Assembly: GCA_026023565.1 (NCBI GenBank)
Contig: JAPETS010000004.1
Coordinates: 496,001-560,000, forward strand
Direction: 5' to 3'
From: Cirrosporium novae-zelandiae
Taxonomy: Eukaryota
Length of the DNA: 64,000 bases
This document shows positions 12,943 through 24,482 of this stretch, piece by piece. Made by a program: the position numbers and the translations under genes. Numbering within the stretch: position 1 is the stretch's first letter; every line of letters begins with the position of its first letter. The notes under the pieces are model-generated. The model made no database searches and was not told the DNA's origin. It saw only the letters and a list, made by a program, of their open reading frames with translations.

Positions 12943-13893
12943 GATCAATTGATTATCATGGAAGAAAGGGTCCAAAGAGGACAAATACGTCCAGGAAAGG
13001 ATATGTTATTATCAACCATTGTTATTGCGTAGGTAAAGAGGGGAAGTAATCCCTCAACGCCGTTGGCGTCGGAGAATAGCTGCAAGGCGAGAGAGCTCTG
13101 ACAAGTGAATTGATTGCAGACAGGGGTTTCCTGATTGGGTATGCTTGATTCAGAGTTCGATGGTGGAGGAACAAACGTTATCTGGTGCATCTCAGCCATT
13201 GCGATTATGGCCAACGCTTTATCTTCAGGAATCATGGGATTTTCTTGACAGGATAGCGGTGCCTAAGGGTAAGGAACTGTAATAAACATGATAACTGTAA
13301 TTATTGGATGGGGATACCTTAGATATCTTGCCACACTTGCTAAGACCTATTTGGCGACAGAAAGCCTGCAGATCATCCCAGATACCAAAATTACAGTACA
13401 GGCTACAGGCCTTACGGGTCTTACGGGCAATCCATAAGTGGGTGTGTGTAGATTTCAAAAGTGTTGATTGGGCCAACATTTGATCCTTTCAAGGGTCATT
13501 CCCTCGGGTGCCCCTTGGCCTAACCTCTTATTCCCCCACCGTCTTGCTTTTCGCGAAGGTGGGGTTATTTTCCAGATTCTCTCCAATCCCCAAGAATCGT
13601 GGTGCTTTCAAACATGGAATCTGCAGAGAAGTGGAAATCAAACACCCTTCCAACCACTTACACTAATCTTTTGGACGACGATTCCAAACGCCAGATGGAT
13701 GGCATGTCGCCAACGCCATGGATGCCAGACTCTGGCTGACTTTCTCCATTCTTCAGCCAACATTTTCTTGATGTTAGATAGCGTTCATCAAATCTCTCCT
13801 TTCCCTTCATACAAATTCTCCTTTGAACCGCCACAATAAGTATTTTTCATCACTACAATCTAGGACCCTATGCGAGCGTCCAGGAGATCATTG
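12943..13893. promoter_or_regulatory. Bidirectional hxnS/hxnT promoter region
   Basis: Head-to-head start codons. Several HGATAR sites, GAGGGG at 13038-13043 and an inverted pair CCCCACC (13534-13540) / GGTGGGG (13558-13564). Confidence 0.6.
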
Positions 13894-15240
13894 ATGATGG
13901 CACCTGAATTCAGACCTCTCCGTGAGACTGGCCTGTTCGTGCCAGTACGCCTGGGCGCCATTAATCTTTCACACCGAGCCGTCATGGCCCCCCTCACAAG
14001 AATGCGCGGCACGAAAGAAAGTGATGGCATTTATATTCCCGGCGACCTTCATGTCGAATACTATAATCAAAGGGCAAGTTCTGGAGGACTTCAATTCACC
14101 GAAGCATGTCCTATCACTCGATATGTGGGTTTTACAATTTTAACAATGCACTGGAGCGCCCTAATAAAAACTTTCAGGCCTGCGGTTATCCAGGGGTTCC
14201 AGGACTCTTCACAGAAAGCCAGATCGCTGGTTGGAAACGAGTAACCGATGCAGTTCATGCTAAAGGAGGGTTCATATACAATCAATTATGGCATGTTGGG
14301 AGAGCCACAGTCCCTTCTCTCCTTGATGGGCAACAGGCCGTCAGCTCAAGCAATATCCCAATTACTGGCAAAGCGTTGGATGGTACGGAATATGCGGACA
14401 GTCCTCCCAGGCCTTTGACAGTTGAGGAAATCAAGGATCTAGTTAAGGAATATGCCGCTGCAGCCAAGAGAGCAATGGAGGCAGGCTTTGATGGGGTGGA
14501 AATTCACAGTCGGTCTCTCATTGACATTTTACCAGTAATCTGAAATCTAACATGAGCAATTCACACTAGGTGCAAACGGCTACCTCCTTGACCAATTCCT
14601 TCATGACAACGTCAATACCCGTACCGATGCCTATGGGGGTAGTATTGAAAACCGCTGCCGATTTCCCCTCGAGGTCGTCTGCGCAGTCACTGATGCCATT
14701 GGGGCCGAAAGAGTCGGCATTCGTCTCTCCCCCTACAACTACTTTCAAGACACCAAGGATTCCAATCCCAATGTCCACTGGGCTTACCTATGCGAACAAC
14801 TCGCTGCTCTCCCTTCCCAAAATCGACTCTCCTATATTCACATGGTTGAACCTCGGTTTGATGAAGTGTTGGATGAGAAAGCTAAAATGGATGCTCTCTC
14901 GGCCTACACAAATCTAACAAATGGTGTCGAGGCTGAAGCAACGGTAAAATCTGCTGTCAACTCTCTTGTGCCCTTCCGGAAGATCCTCGCGAAGGGTAAT
15001 ATCAAGTTCCTCGCCGCTGGTAACTTTAATCGAGATAACGCAGTTCCAAAACTAGAGCAGGAAGATGCCGATGCCATTGTATTTGGTCGATGGTTTATCG
15101 CTAATCCAGACCTACCAAGGAGATTAGAGGAGGGTTTGCCTCTGAATAATTATGATAGGTCAACCTTCTACGGTGCGGATCCACCAGAGAAAGGATACAC
15201 AGACTACCCGTTCTATAGCAGTGGGTTAGCTGTCCTATAG
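13894..15240 (+). CDS. hxnT: Old yellow enzyme (NADH:flavin oxidoreductase), HxnT-like
   Basis: Motifs VMAPLTRMR, YYNQRA and QLWHVGR; GFDGVEIHSANGYLLDQF after splicing; FGRWFIANPDL and YDRSTFY...GYTDYP. Introns 14125-14177 and 14509-14569. Alternative in-frame ATGs at 13870 and 13897. Confidence 0.88.
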
Positions 15241-15494
15241 GCAGAGAAACTTGAGGTTTCTTATCAAGTTATACTCCGGTTAAGATACACATAGTGCGAT
15301 GTAAATAGACGTGATACTCCCAGATTATATATGTTTTAAACAATAAAAGATAGTTAAGGTTCCCCTGAAAGCTGTGGCCTCTCCTGTTAAAATTCCTCCA
15401 CTTTTAACGACATTTCACATAAAAAAAATAGCTAATAGACCAAAGTCACTTCATAACACGAGCCCGACATAACTTGGCAAGTGTTAAATCTATT

Positions 15495-16292
15495 CTACTT
15501 GTTAATCAGTGGAATGTTGGGAAAAGACCTGAGATAGGAGGTAGGATGTTGCATTTTATCAGTAAGTGTATACCAAGGTCCCCATCTTAGGCAAGATCGT
15601 TCCATACTACATGGGTAATCAGCGACCGTAGATTCTCCAGGCCTCTCCTCGTCTTTTTTGAAAGTGTCACCGTCTTCTTTGGCGGGAAACTTCTCCACGT
15701 AATTCTCGCTCAGCTTCTCCAAAGCAACACTATCCACCAAAGCAACACTATCCACCAAAGCAACACTATCCACCAAAGCAATAGGGTAGGCTACGCAGCC
15801 TTGAGAATGCCATTTTGGAATTTCCTCACCAAATAGATTTCTAGAGGTTGGTTGTGATCGAAACCTTTCCCATTTTTCTAAAACACCCTCTTCAGAATAT
15901 ATGAAGTAAGCCCACTCGCAGAATAGAGCCTTTGGTGAAGACTATATCATCCAAAAGATTTTTCATGGTACGGTTGAGGATAGCAGGGAGCATATTCATT
16001 CCTTCAACGTTTTTCATCAGCAATACCAGTCCTCGAGAGTCTGGTCATCGACAGTAGTGTTAGAAAACCCTAGGTCAGAGTAGTATTTCTAAACCTCACT
16101 ACTTAATTTTGCTTCGCCGACTCAAGTTATTTCGTCAAGGCGAGTCGTCATAGCCCAGCAGTTGTATGGGGTTGTCTTAAGTAAAAACTGCACAGCCCAT
16201 CTACTACGTTCTTCGGGAAAGGAGGTACAGTAGCTGTAGGAGCCTCTGCACTTTCCAGCGCCCTTAAAGACGATAAGTCCAGGCGTGCCCAT
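15495..16292 (-). pseudogene. Degenerate copy of an uncharacterised fungal protein (MGT...W...LFCEWAYF type)
   Basis: From ATG 16292 it reads MGTPGLIVFKG...LDEIT*VGE...EV*KYYSDLGFSN...LEDWY, frameshift, LMKNVEGMNMLPAILN, frameshift, ALFCEWAYFIY. In-frame stops at 16122-16124 and 16089-16091; frameshifts near 16020 and 15930. Family recognised from memory only. Confidence 0.6.
15719..15781. repeat. 18-bp tandem repeat x3.5 (CCAAAGCAACACTATCCA; encodes VDSVAL on the minus strand)
   Basis: Exact repeat units visible directly. Confidence 0.95.
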
Positions 16293-17676
16293 GCTTGGAG
16301 GATTAGTAGTTGAAAGAATTTATCTTGATACTAAATCGGTAGCAAGTTTAGATCAACGTTGGTGGGAGAGGACACCAGAAAGAGATGTGAGCAAGAATGA
16401 AGCTACCGAATTAGATAGGTGAGGAAAGTATTTTTATGAAATAATAACAGCGATGTTGTTTCTAAAAATAAGAAAGTAAGACATCGCTACCTGAAAGATG
16501 TATTTGATATTGCGTCGATGTCATATCTGTCTAACGAGACTGCCGGTCCACTACATTATCTTAAGTTCGATATGTTGGTTTTCATGCTCCTTACCACTAT
16601 ACACACTTATTAAAAGGTGTATGTGGGTCTTAATGATCTCATCTACCAATAGGTATGTAGGTGTCCACCAAACCACTCTAAAAGAAAAGGTAAACCCAAC
16701 CATCTATTTGATGTCGGACTTGGGGGTTTATAAACACGCTCTTAACCTGAAATGCCCTCGTTTTCAAGCATGATAAATTAGAATGATGAGATAATATATA
16801 TCTGCTCAATACTGAGCAGGTAGTTCTCCAGATTTGGGGGTTGAGTGAATTTCCTTACCTTTAACTTACTTTACTTCCCTCTAGTATATTATAGCAATGA
16901 TATGTTTAACCAGATCTAGTTCGCTCTTGATCTTTCTTCTCACGCCCAACCCATCCAATAAAGAAACGAGAGTCGCAATTCCTAAATACAGCCGCCTATA
17001 GTCTTCTCCTAGCTCGCATTTAAGAGGGGGGTATACTTTTCTAGGATGGTAGTTGAAGAAATATCTGGGAATAATCATCAGTCACTAGTTGTGATATGAT
17101 ATTTCCAAGTCGATAGGGTTCATGTAAGGTCACGAGAACTGTAGTCATATCTTGCTAGATTACGTAGATGCCGCTTCATATTTGCAGGGCTGATCTCAAA
17201 TTTATAATGACCAATTAGATATTCAACGTCGTATGACAAAAGGCGTTCACGATGCATCGCTAGCAATTGCTATATCAAAACTAACCTTTTCAATTTAGTC
17301 ATCTTTCTAATCAAAAAAAGCTTGACTTTCGGAGAAATTCCTTGCATAGCATGAAGTCCATCGGTTTTATGTTGATGCACGCTAATAATAAAAGGGAGAA
17401 CTGTGGGTACAGTGTTCCTGTTTCTGCATGAGACTGTGGAAATTTTCACTCTTTATTTATTTTAGGAGTTGTGGTCACAGGTAGAACATAAAGGTCCGTG
17501 TGTGGGAAGGAACCTTATCGCAGACGTCAACAGTTTGATAAGGTGCGCGTAAGCCTTCTTCATGACAAAGCGTCAAAAGCACAGGACTTTGCGGTTTATG
17601 TTTCAGCAACCGTACATTGATATCTAAGTAATTGATATTTTATATGTTCTGAGCTTTCCGATATCACTATTTGCAA

Positions 17677-19316
17677 ATGATGGCAGAAACAAATGGAGCT
17701 GGTGCTTCGGCGTTACCGGACGGAATCTTCACCCTTTTGGATACAGATTTGTACAAACTTACTATGCAATGTGCAGTCTTGAAATACTTTCCGGATAAAG
17801 GTGGGTCTTTGACTTTACATATTTTGAAAAGCGCGTCAAGTTAACAGAATAGAGGTCGCATATGCTTTAAACAACAGAACACCCAACCTGAGATTAACGA
17901 GGGAAGCATTTGGTTGGCTGAAAGGACAGATCCATAAGCTGGGCAATATCACGGTTACGCCTGAGGAACTTGATTATTTGAGAGAATCCTGTAGCTATTT
18001 CTCTGACGCTTACCTGCGTTTTCTAACTACATTTCGTTTGCGTCCTTCAGAACAAGTCGAGATCTCCTTTAAACCATTGAAGGATACAGGTGGTCTGAAC
18101 GACTTTGGGGACGTCGAACTTCACGTCAAGGGGCTATGGGTGGATACCATATTCTACGAGATCCCATTACTTGCTTTGACGAGCGAGGCATTCTTTAAAT
18201 TTTGTGATAAAGACTGGACATACGACGGACAACAGGAAAAGGCTTACCAAAAAGGTATTACCCTCCTTGAACATGGCTGCGCCCTCTCAGAATTCGGATC
18301 ACGTCGTCGAAGGGATTACCATACCCAAGACTTGGTCATGAAAGGACTCTGTCAAGCACAAAAGGAGGCCAACCAAAAAAAATGGAAAGGGGTTTTTACT
18401 GGAACAAGCAATGTTCATTTTGCCATGAAATATCATGTTAAGCCGGTCGGAACTGTTGCTCATGAGTGGTTTATGGGAATTGCAGCAGCGACCAACAACT
18501 ATGAGGGTGCAAATGAGACTGGGTTACGTTATTGGCTTGGCTGCTTTGGAGAAGGAGTGGGTTCATTGACTCATTCAATTAGTTTTGCTTGCTCACATTT
18601 ATATAGGTTTTGGGCATAGCCCTTACAGATACTTTTGGCACCCCAGATTTCCTCAAAGCATTCGGAAAACCGATACCAAGGTATACCAGTGCAGCAACTG
18701 GTGCAGCAGCATCTATTCCATCTACCGGCACTTCAGTAATGACAGAGACCACGGGCAATCTGAGTAACATCAGGCCACCAATCGAAGCGCCCATAGTTGA
18801 TAGTATCGAGTCCAATGCTGGAGAGAAAACATATGCTGAAGTTTTTACCGGAGTTCGTCAAGACTCAGGTGATCCTGTTAAATTTATTCGCCTGATGAGG
18901 GAATTTTATAATTCTCAGAATATCAAGGATAAGAAAACTATAGTCTTTTCGGATTCTTTGAATATAGAGAGGACATTGGAGTATAAGAAAGCTGCGGAGG
19001 AGGCAAATTTTGAAACTAGTTTTGGGATTGGTACTTTTCTTACAAGTGAGTTACGGTCTTTCAACATTTGATTCAAAGTAGAACGACTAATATCTTCCTA
19101 GATGACTTTCAGCGTATATCGGACAGCCAAAAATCGGTTCCAATGAACATTGTCATTAAGCTGTCTTCGGCGGGTGGGCGACCAGCAATAAAAATAAGCG
19201 ACAACAAGGGAAAGAATACTGGCGACCAAGCCATAGTTGAAGAGGTCAAAGCACGACTGGGATATATCGAAAAAGACTGGAAGAATGGAGACGAAAGCAA
19301 ACGTTGGAATGCTTAA
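17677..19316 (+). CDS. npt1: Nicotinate phosphoribosyltransferase (Preiss-Handler NAD salvage)
   Basis: Motifs LLDTDLYKLTM, EFGSRRR, GTVAHEW, LTDTFG, GVRQDSGD, FSDSL and KISDNKGK. Three introns at ~17801-17852, ~18557-18606 and ~19046-19100. Confidence 0.95.
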
Positions 19317-19953
19317 GTCTATGGACTTTCCAGCCAGGCAGCCATCTCGCAGACATTTACAATATTGCAGTTAAATAGCTTTGCTGCTAATCGAGCTGTA
19401 GGATAACACTAGATAGTTACTTTATGAATAGGCAGACTTGCAAAGTTGACATAGTCTATTGAGTGGTGCTGCGCCTTTTCGTGGAGGCGAAGAGTTGCAG
19501 TTGTGGGTATCAAAAATCGCTAAAATTAGAATCATTAATCGACCATATGAAGGCAGTGAGAGTGAGTGAGCAGTAGGCAAACATTAGGCAGGTAGTGGTA
19601 AGCATCTAATAAAGAGATATCATTATTGCATGCCCATTTCATGATTTGCAACATAACATCGCCAAGGTAATCTTGAAATACTCTGAAGTCGTCTTTATTT
19701 GGCATCCTAGAGGAGTTAATTATCCTGGATTAAGGATTCCTGGTTGAAATTGCTTAAATTATCGGTCCGTACTTTTTAGCCTTAGCGTTTCACTTTCGCT
19801 TCAGCTCCTTCATCCCCATTCCTTAAACACCATCGACCATATTTGATTACCATCTACCAAACTAATATTTTTCATTCATTGCAGGACGTGTATCAACAGC
19901 TCTCACTGACCTGATCTGGAATTGGGCCTATCCGTCACAAAGGTGCAACCAAA

Positions 19954-21139
19954 ATGAGTGTAAGTCACGTCCCTCGGAACCAACTTGATTGTTTCTTTGT
20001 TCAAAACTTCATCCCGTCTGCAAAATTATCGCGGTGTAGTTATATTACCTATGTACTGGACTGACCGTGTTAAATAGTACGGTAATTACAACTCAGGCTA
20101 CGGCCAACAGAATCCTTACGCGCAGAATGGGAGCGCTCCATATGATCAACAAGGCGGCAACCCTTATGCACAACAAGACCGTGATCAGTATGGTGCGAGC
20201 AATAATTTAGAGATGCAGCCAGTGAATGGGCAACAGACTAAAGATCCTAATGCTATCTTAAATGAGTGCCGAGATATTGATAAAGGTGTTGATACTATTC
20301 AGCGCAATCTCGACAGTCTGCGTCAACTCCAGCAACGATCGTTAGATGACCCTGAAGCTAGTCAAGGGACGGCCACCAATCGCCAGCTTGATGCGCTGAA
20401 CACCGAGACTATGAATCTGTACCGAGCTTTCGCGGATCGAATCAAGAAGATCAAACAGTCTCCAGAATCTGGGGATCCTAGAAATGCACCCCAGGTCGGG
20501 AAAGTTGATAGGAAGCTCAAGACAGCCATCAACCAGTACCAACAAGTAGAAAGAGATTTCAGACGTCGGTTACAGTCCCAAATGGAGAGACAATATCGTA
20601 TCGTCAGACCAGACGCCAGCGATGCTGAAGTTCAGGAAGCGTGTGAAGATACTTCAAATAACCAGGTCTTCAGCCAGGCAGTAAGTTAGCTTCATTGTTG
20701 ATTACGGAGTTATTCTAACGAGAATACAGCTTCTACAAAGTGATCGCCGAGGGCAGGCCCAATCCGCGTTGCGTGCTGTACAGGGCAGACATGAAGCCAT
20801 CCAGAAGATCGAGCAACAGATGATTGAGTTAGCGCAATTATTCCAGGACATGGAAGCCTTGGTTGTCCAACAAGAGCCAGCTGTCGCCCAAATTGAGCAA
20901 AGAGGAGAAGAGGTCAATGAAAATGTTGCCAAGGGGAATATCGAGCTCAACGGTGCAATTGAGAAAGCGCGCGCCCGGAACAGGAAGAAGTGGTGGTGTT
21001 TGGGTATCTCCAGTGAGTATTTGCTTTCTAAGTGTGAATACAATTTTATGGATACTAATGGTGTGGAAATATAGTTCTCATCATCATCATCATTATCATC
21101 ATTGTGGTTATTGTGGTGGAAATCAACAAAAGCAAGTAG
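19954..21139 (+). CDS. sso1: Plasma-membrane syntaxin (Sso1/Sso2-like t-SNARE)
   Basis: ATGAGT|gtaagt micro-exon; introns 19960-20077, 20681-20729 and 21013-21074. SNARE motif RHEAIQKIEQQMIELAQLFQDM and ARARNRKKW followed by an Ile-rich C-terminal TM anchor. Confidence 0.93.
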
Positions 21140-21999
21140 AGGTATCGCCATATAATCTTGTGTCTATCCTGTACTTTTGGCTTCGGCGATACCAATACCG
21201 AATCAAAATCGAGGCGTTTGGCGCTAGGATCAAAGTTTCCATGTGACGAAAGGTTTCTTATACAGGACCTCTTCCTGGATTAGGTCTAATTGGCATTGAC
21301 TGTCCTCTTTCTCTTGTTAAACTCTAATATGCGATGCCCTTTATACTATAAAAGGGGTAATATGCGCTCCCTGTGGATTTTTTTCCTACGGCGTTCTTGT
21401 GCTGTGGCTTATCTACCTACCTATTCCCTTCTTCCCAATACGGGACTCTTTTGTGCTTATATGTACCTTTTTTAAATCCTGTAGAGAGTCACTAATCAGT
21501 ATCGACAATTTTCAATGTCCAACTGTTTAGCAGAATTCTGCCTGTCCTTTTGTTTTTATGAAATCCGATACGTGTACCTCTAGGATATTGCATGACTTAT
21601 AGAAATTAGTATCAGAGCACTTTGTAAACATTTAATATCACTGAGGCAACGAATCTATGGTTTAATTGTCCCTAAATTGGGCGTGTAAAGCTGGCTCAAT
21701 CAATCTGAACATTAGGACCATTAAGACCCCGTGGACCCTTAGGGCTGATGATCGAGGAACCTAAAAGCTTCTCCAGTCCGTGCAATAGTTCAAAAAAGAA
21801 TAAAATAATACCAATAAATCCACCTTTAATCTTGCGTTTTCTCACCGACAAGTGGCCTGTGCATGGGGTATCAGTTACCCGACTGGAATTTCCTGATTAG
21901 GTAAGGATGCGACACAGCACTCCATGAGAAGGAGCATTATTTTTTGCTGAGCACGATCAATCAATGTCACAGTGATCCAATACTCAACGCAATCACAAC

Positions 22000-22813
22000 A
22001 TGTTCCGTTGGTAAGCTCTAGAGCTTCTTACAATGGAGATTTCAACACCATTAAGAGCAACAAATTTGCTAATCTGAGCTCAGGTACCAGAGGAAGTTGG
22101 CCCAGCGGCCGCTGGCCACCCAGGTTATCACTACAGCAGTGAGTTGATTTCATCTCTTCTCTTCTCTGTTGATTTTCTCAATGTTGGATCCGTATTGACA
22201 AAATATTTGATAGATTCTATTTGCAACTGGAGATGTCATGTCCCAGCAGGTTGTCGAGAAGGTCGGATGGGACAAACACGACTACATGCGAACAGTACGA
22301 CTAGGTGGTTATGGTGGAGGTAGGTCTTTATTCATATCTTCCCTCGAGGCTTTATCACAATTTTGGATTCATTCTACCAGCATCTGACATGAATACTTTC
22401 TAGTTGTCTTCGGTCCTGCAGCTACCACTTGGTATAAGGTCCTCCAGAAACGGGTCAACCTCTCGAGCGCCAACAAGACCATTGCTGCCAGAGTCGGTCT
22501 CGACCAGCTCGTATTTGCGCCTATTCACATGGTCATTTTCCTAAGCACAATGTCAGTACTTGAGGGCACAAGTCCCCAAAAGAAGTTGGAGACCACATAC
22601 AAGGATGCTATCCAGAAGAACTGGATGGTTTGGCCATGGATCCAGGCAGTCAACTTCAAGCTTGTTCCCTTGGAACATCGAGTACTAGTTGTGAATGTTG
22701 TCAGTTTGGGTAAGTTATCACAGAATCCTTCTCTATTGGTGACGGTGCTGATATATTTGAACTGCCCAGGTTGGAACTGTTACTTGAGCTACATTAACAA
22801 CAAAGGCAATTGA
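22000..22813 (+). CDS. sym1: Mpv17/PMP22 family mitochondrial inner-membrane protein
   Basis: Spliced product reads MFRWYQRKLAQRPLATQVITTA...GDVMSQ...RVGLDQLVFAP...[37 protein letters not shown]. Four introns. Confidence 0.9.
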
Positions 22814-23501
22814 ATGTATTTTGTGAGCGATAGAAATTTGCTTGTACGATATCACAGCGATGGCAACGGTTGCATATAGAAGGTGAAGGCTCGATGGATT
22901 GAAATTTCGGGGATTCCCCAGGCATCAGGATAGTATATCGTTCATCTTGATAATGCAGTGACTCCAATACAACTGATTTGATTTATTCTGGGCAGTAAAG
23001 ATAGACAATAGAGATTCAATCACTGTAGAAGGATAATTATTTGAAAATAGAAAGAAGCATTATCTGGTCAAGCTATTAAAGAAAGCTGAGGCTTTTAGAA
23101 ACTCAAGTTCCCTGTCAACGACAAACTCTAGTGTATGGGAAAAGTCTTGGCACCATCGTGTGAACTTACATCTCAAACAAATTCCATTTGCGCAAAATCA
23201 GTGAATCAAGAAATATCATTGCGCCTACTCCAATAACCCAAATCCTTTCCTCTGAGAATAGGTAGCTACCTGCCTGGTGCAGAGCCATCTTTACATTTCC
23301 TGCCTTTTGAAATTATCTCCCTCCGATTTGGACCCTCCTCATTTAATCAAGGTGCACGGTGGCCACCTGTAACACGGTCCTAGCCCTCACCCCTCATTTC
23401 GACAACTCTTGGAGCAAAAAAATCTAGTGAACATTATACTCACTACTACCTTATATCCTCCGCTTCTTCTAAATTTCTCTACCTTCTTTCATCCTGTCGC
23501 A

Positions 23502-24482
23502 ATGGCAACTATAGAAACAACTCCGGCCTCAGATGGCACTACAACAAAAGAGAATGTCCCTCTAAATGGTGACAAGAATATCGAGGACCATGATAGCGAC
23601 AATATTACTGTCTTCCACGATCCAAACAACTTCAATGTCAAACATCCCCTCATGAATGAATGGACGTTATGGTTCACAAAACCCCCTAGTGGGAAGGTAT
23701 GAATAATCTAACATCGAAGCCAATTAGACCTAGGAGTTTGGCTTCAAATGATACACGAGACCAGAATGATTGCTGACTATGATTGGTTCCAGGGTGATAA
23801 TTGGAATGAGCTTCTCAAGGAAGTTGTGACCTTCGATTCTGTTGAGGAGTTCTGGGGCATTTACGTGAGTATTTTCTTTCCTATTTCACTGGCTTGGTTC
23901 CTGGGACTATTTGCAACCCTCTTTTCTGGCTTTATGGACATACTGGAATCACAATATCTTCTTCATCTTACTAACCCTGGTGATTTCACATAGAATAACA
24001 TTGCTCCTACATCTGAGCTAGCTCTCAAATCCGATTACCACTTGTTCAAAAAAGGTGTTCGCCCAGAGTGGGAGGATCTACAAAATAAGCACGGTGGGAA
24101 ATGGGCATACCAGTTCAAAGATAAGCGCTCGGTTCCTATCGATGATCTCTGGTTGCATGTGATGCTAGCTGCTATCGGCGAGACCCTTGAACAGGACGGT
24201 GATGGCGAGGTTATGGGTGTTGTTGTCAACGTCCGAAAAGGCTTCTACCGTATCGGTCTTTGGACTCGAACTGTTGGCAAGTCTGTTCCTGGCGGCGGGG
24301 ACGGTGATGTGGCTGGTGGAAAGGGCCGAAGCCCCGAGAAGGGTAGAGAGGTGTTGATGCGCATCGGTAGAAATTTCAAGGACGTGCTGAGACTTAAGGA
24401 CACTGAATCTTTGGAGTTTTCGGGACATACTGAGAGCGCACACAGCGGCAGCAGTCGGGCCAAGCCAAAGTTCACCATCTAA
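23502..24482 (+). CDS. tif45: Translation initiation factor eIF4E (cap-binding protein)
   Basis: Motifs KHPLMNEWTLWF, FDSVEEFWGIY and DYHLFKKGVRPEWED...GGKW. Introns 23697-23792 and 23865-23993. Confidence 0.95.

Noticed and set aside
15719..15781. CRISPR-like array
   Set aside because: The 18-bp units are contiguous with no spacers, in a eukaryotic context.
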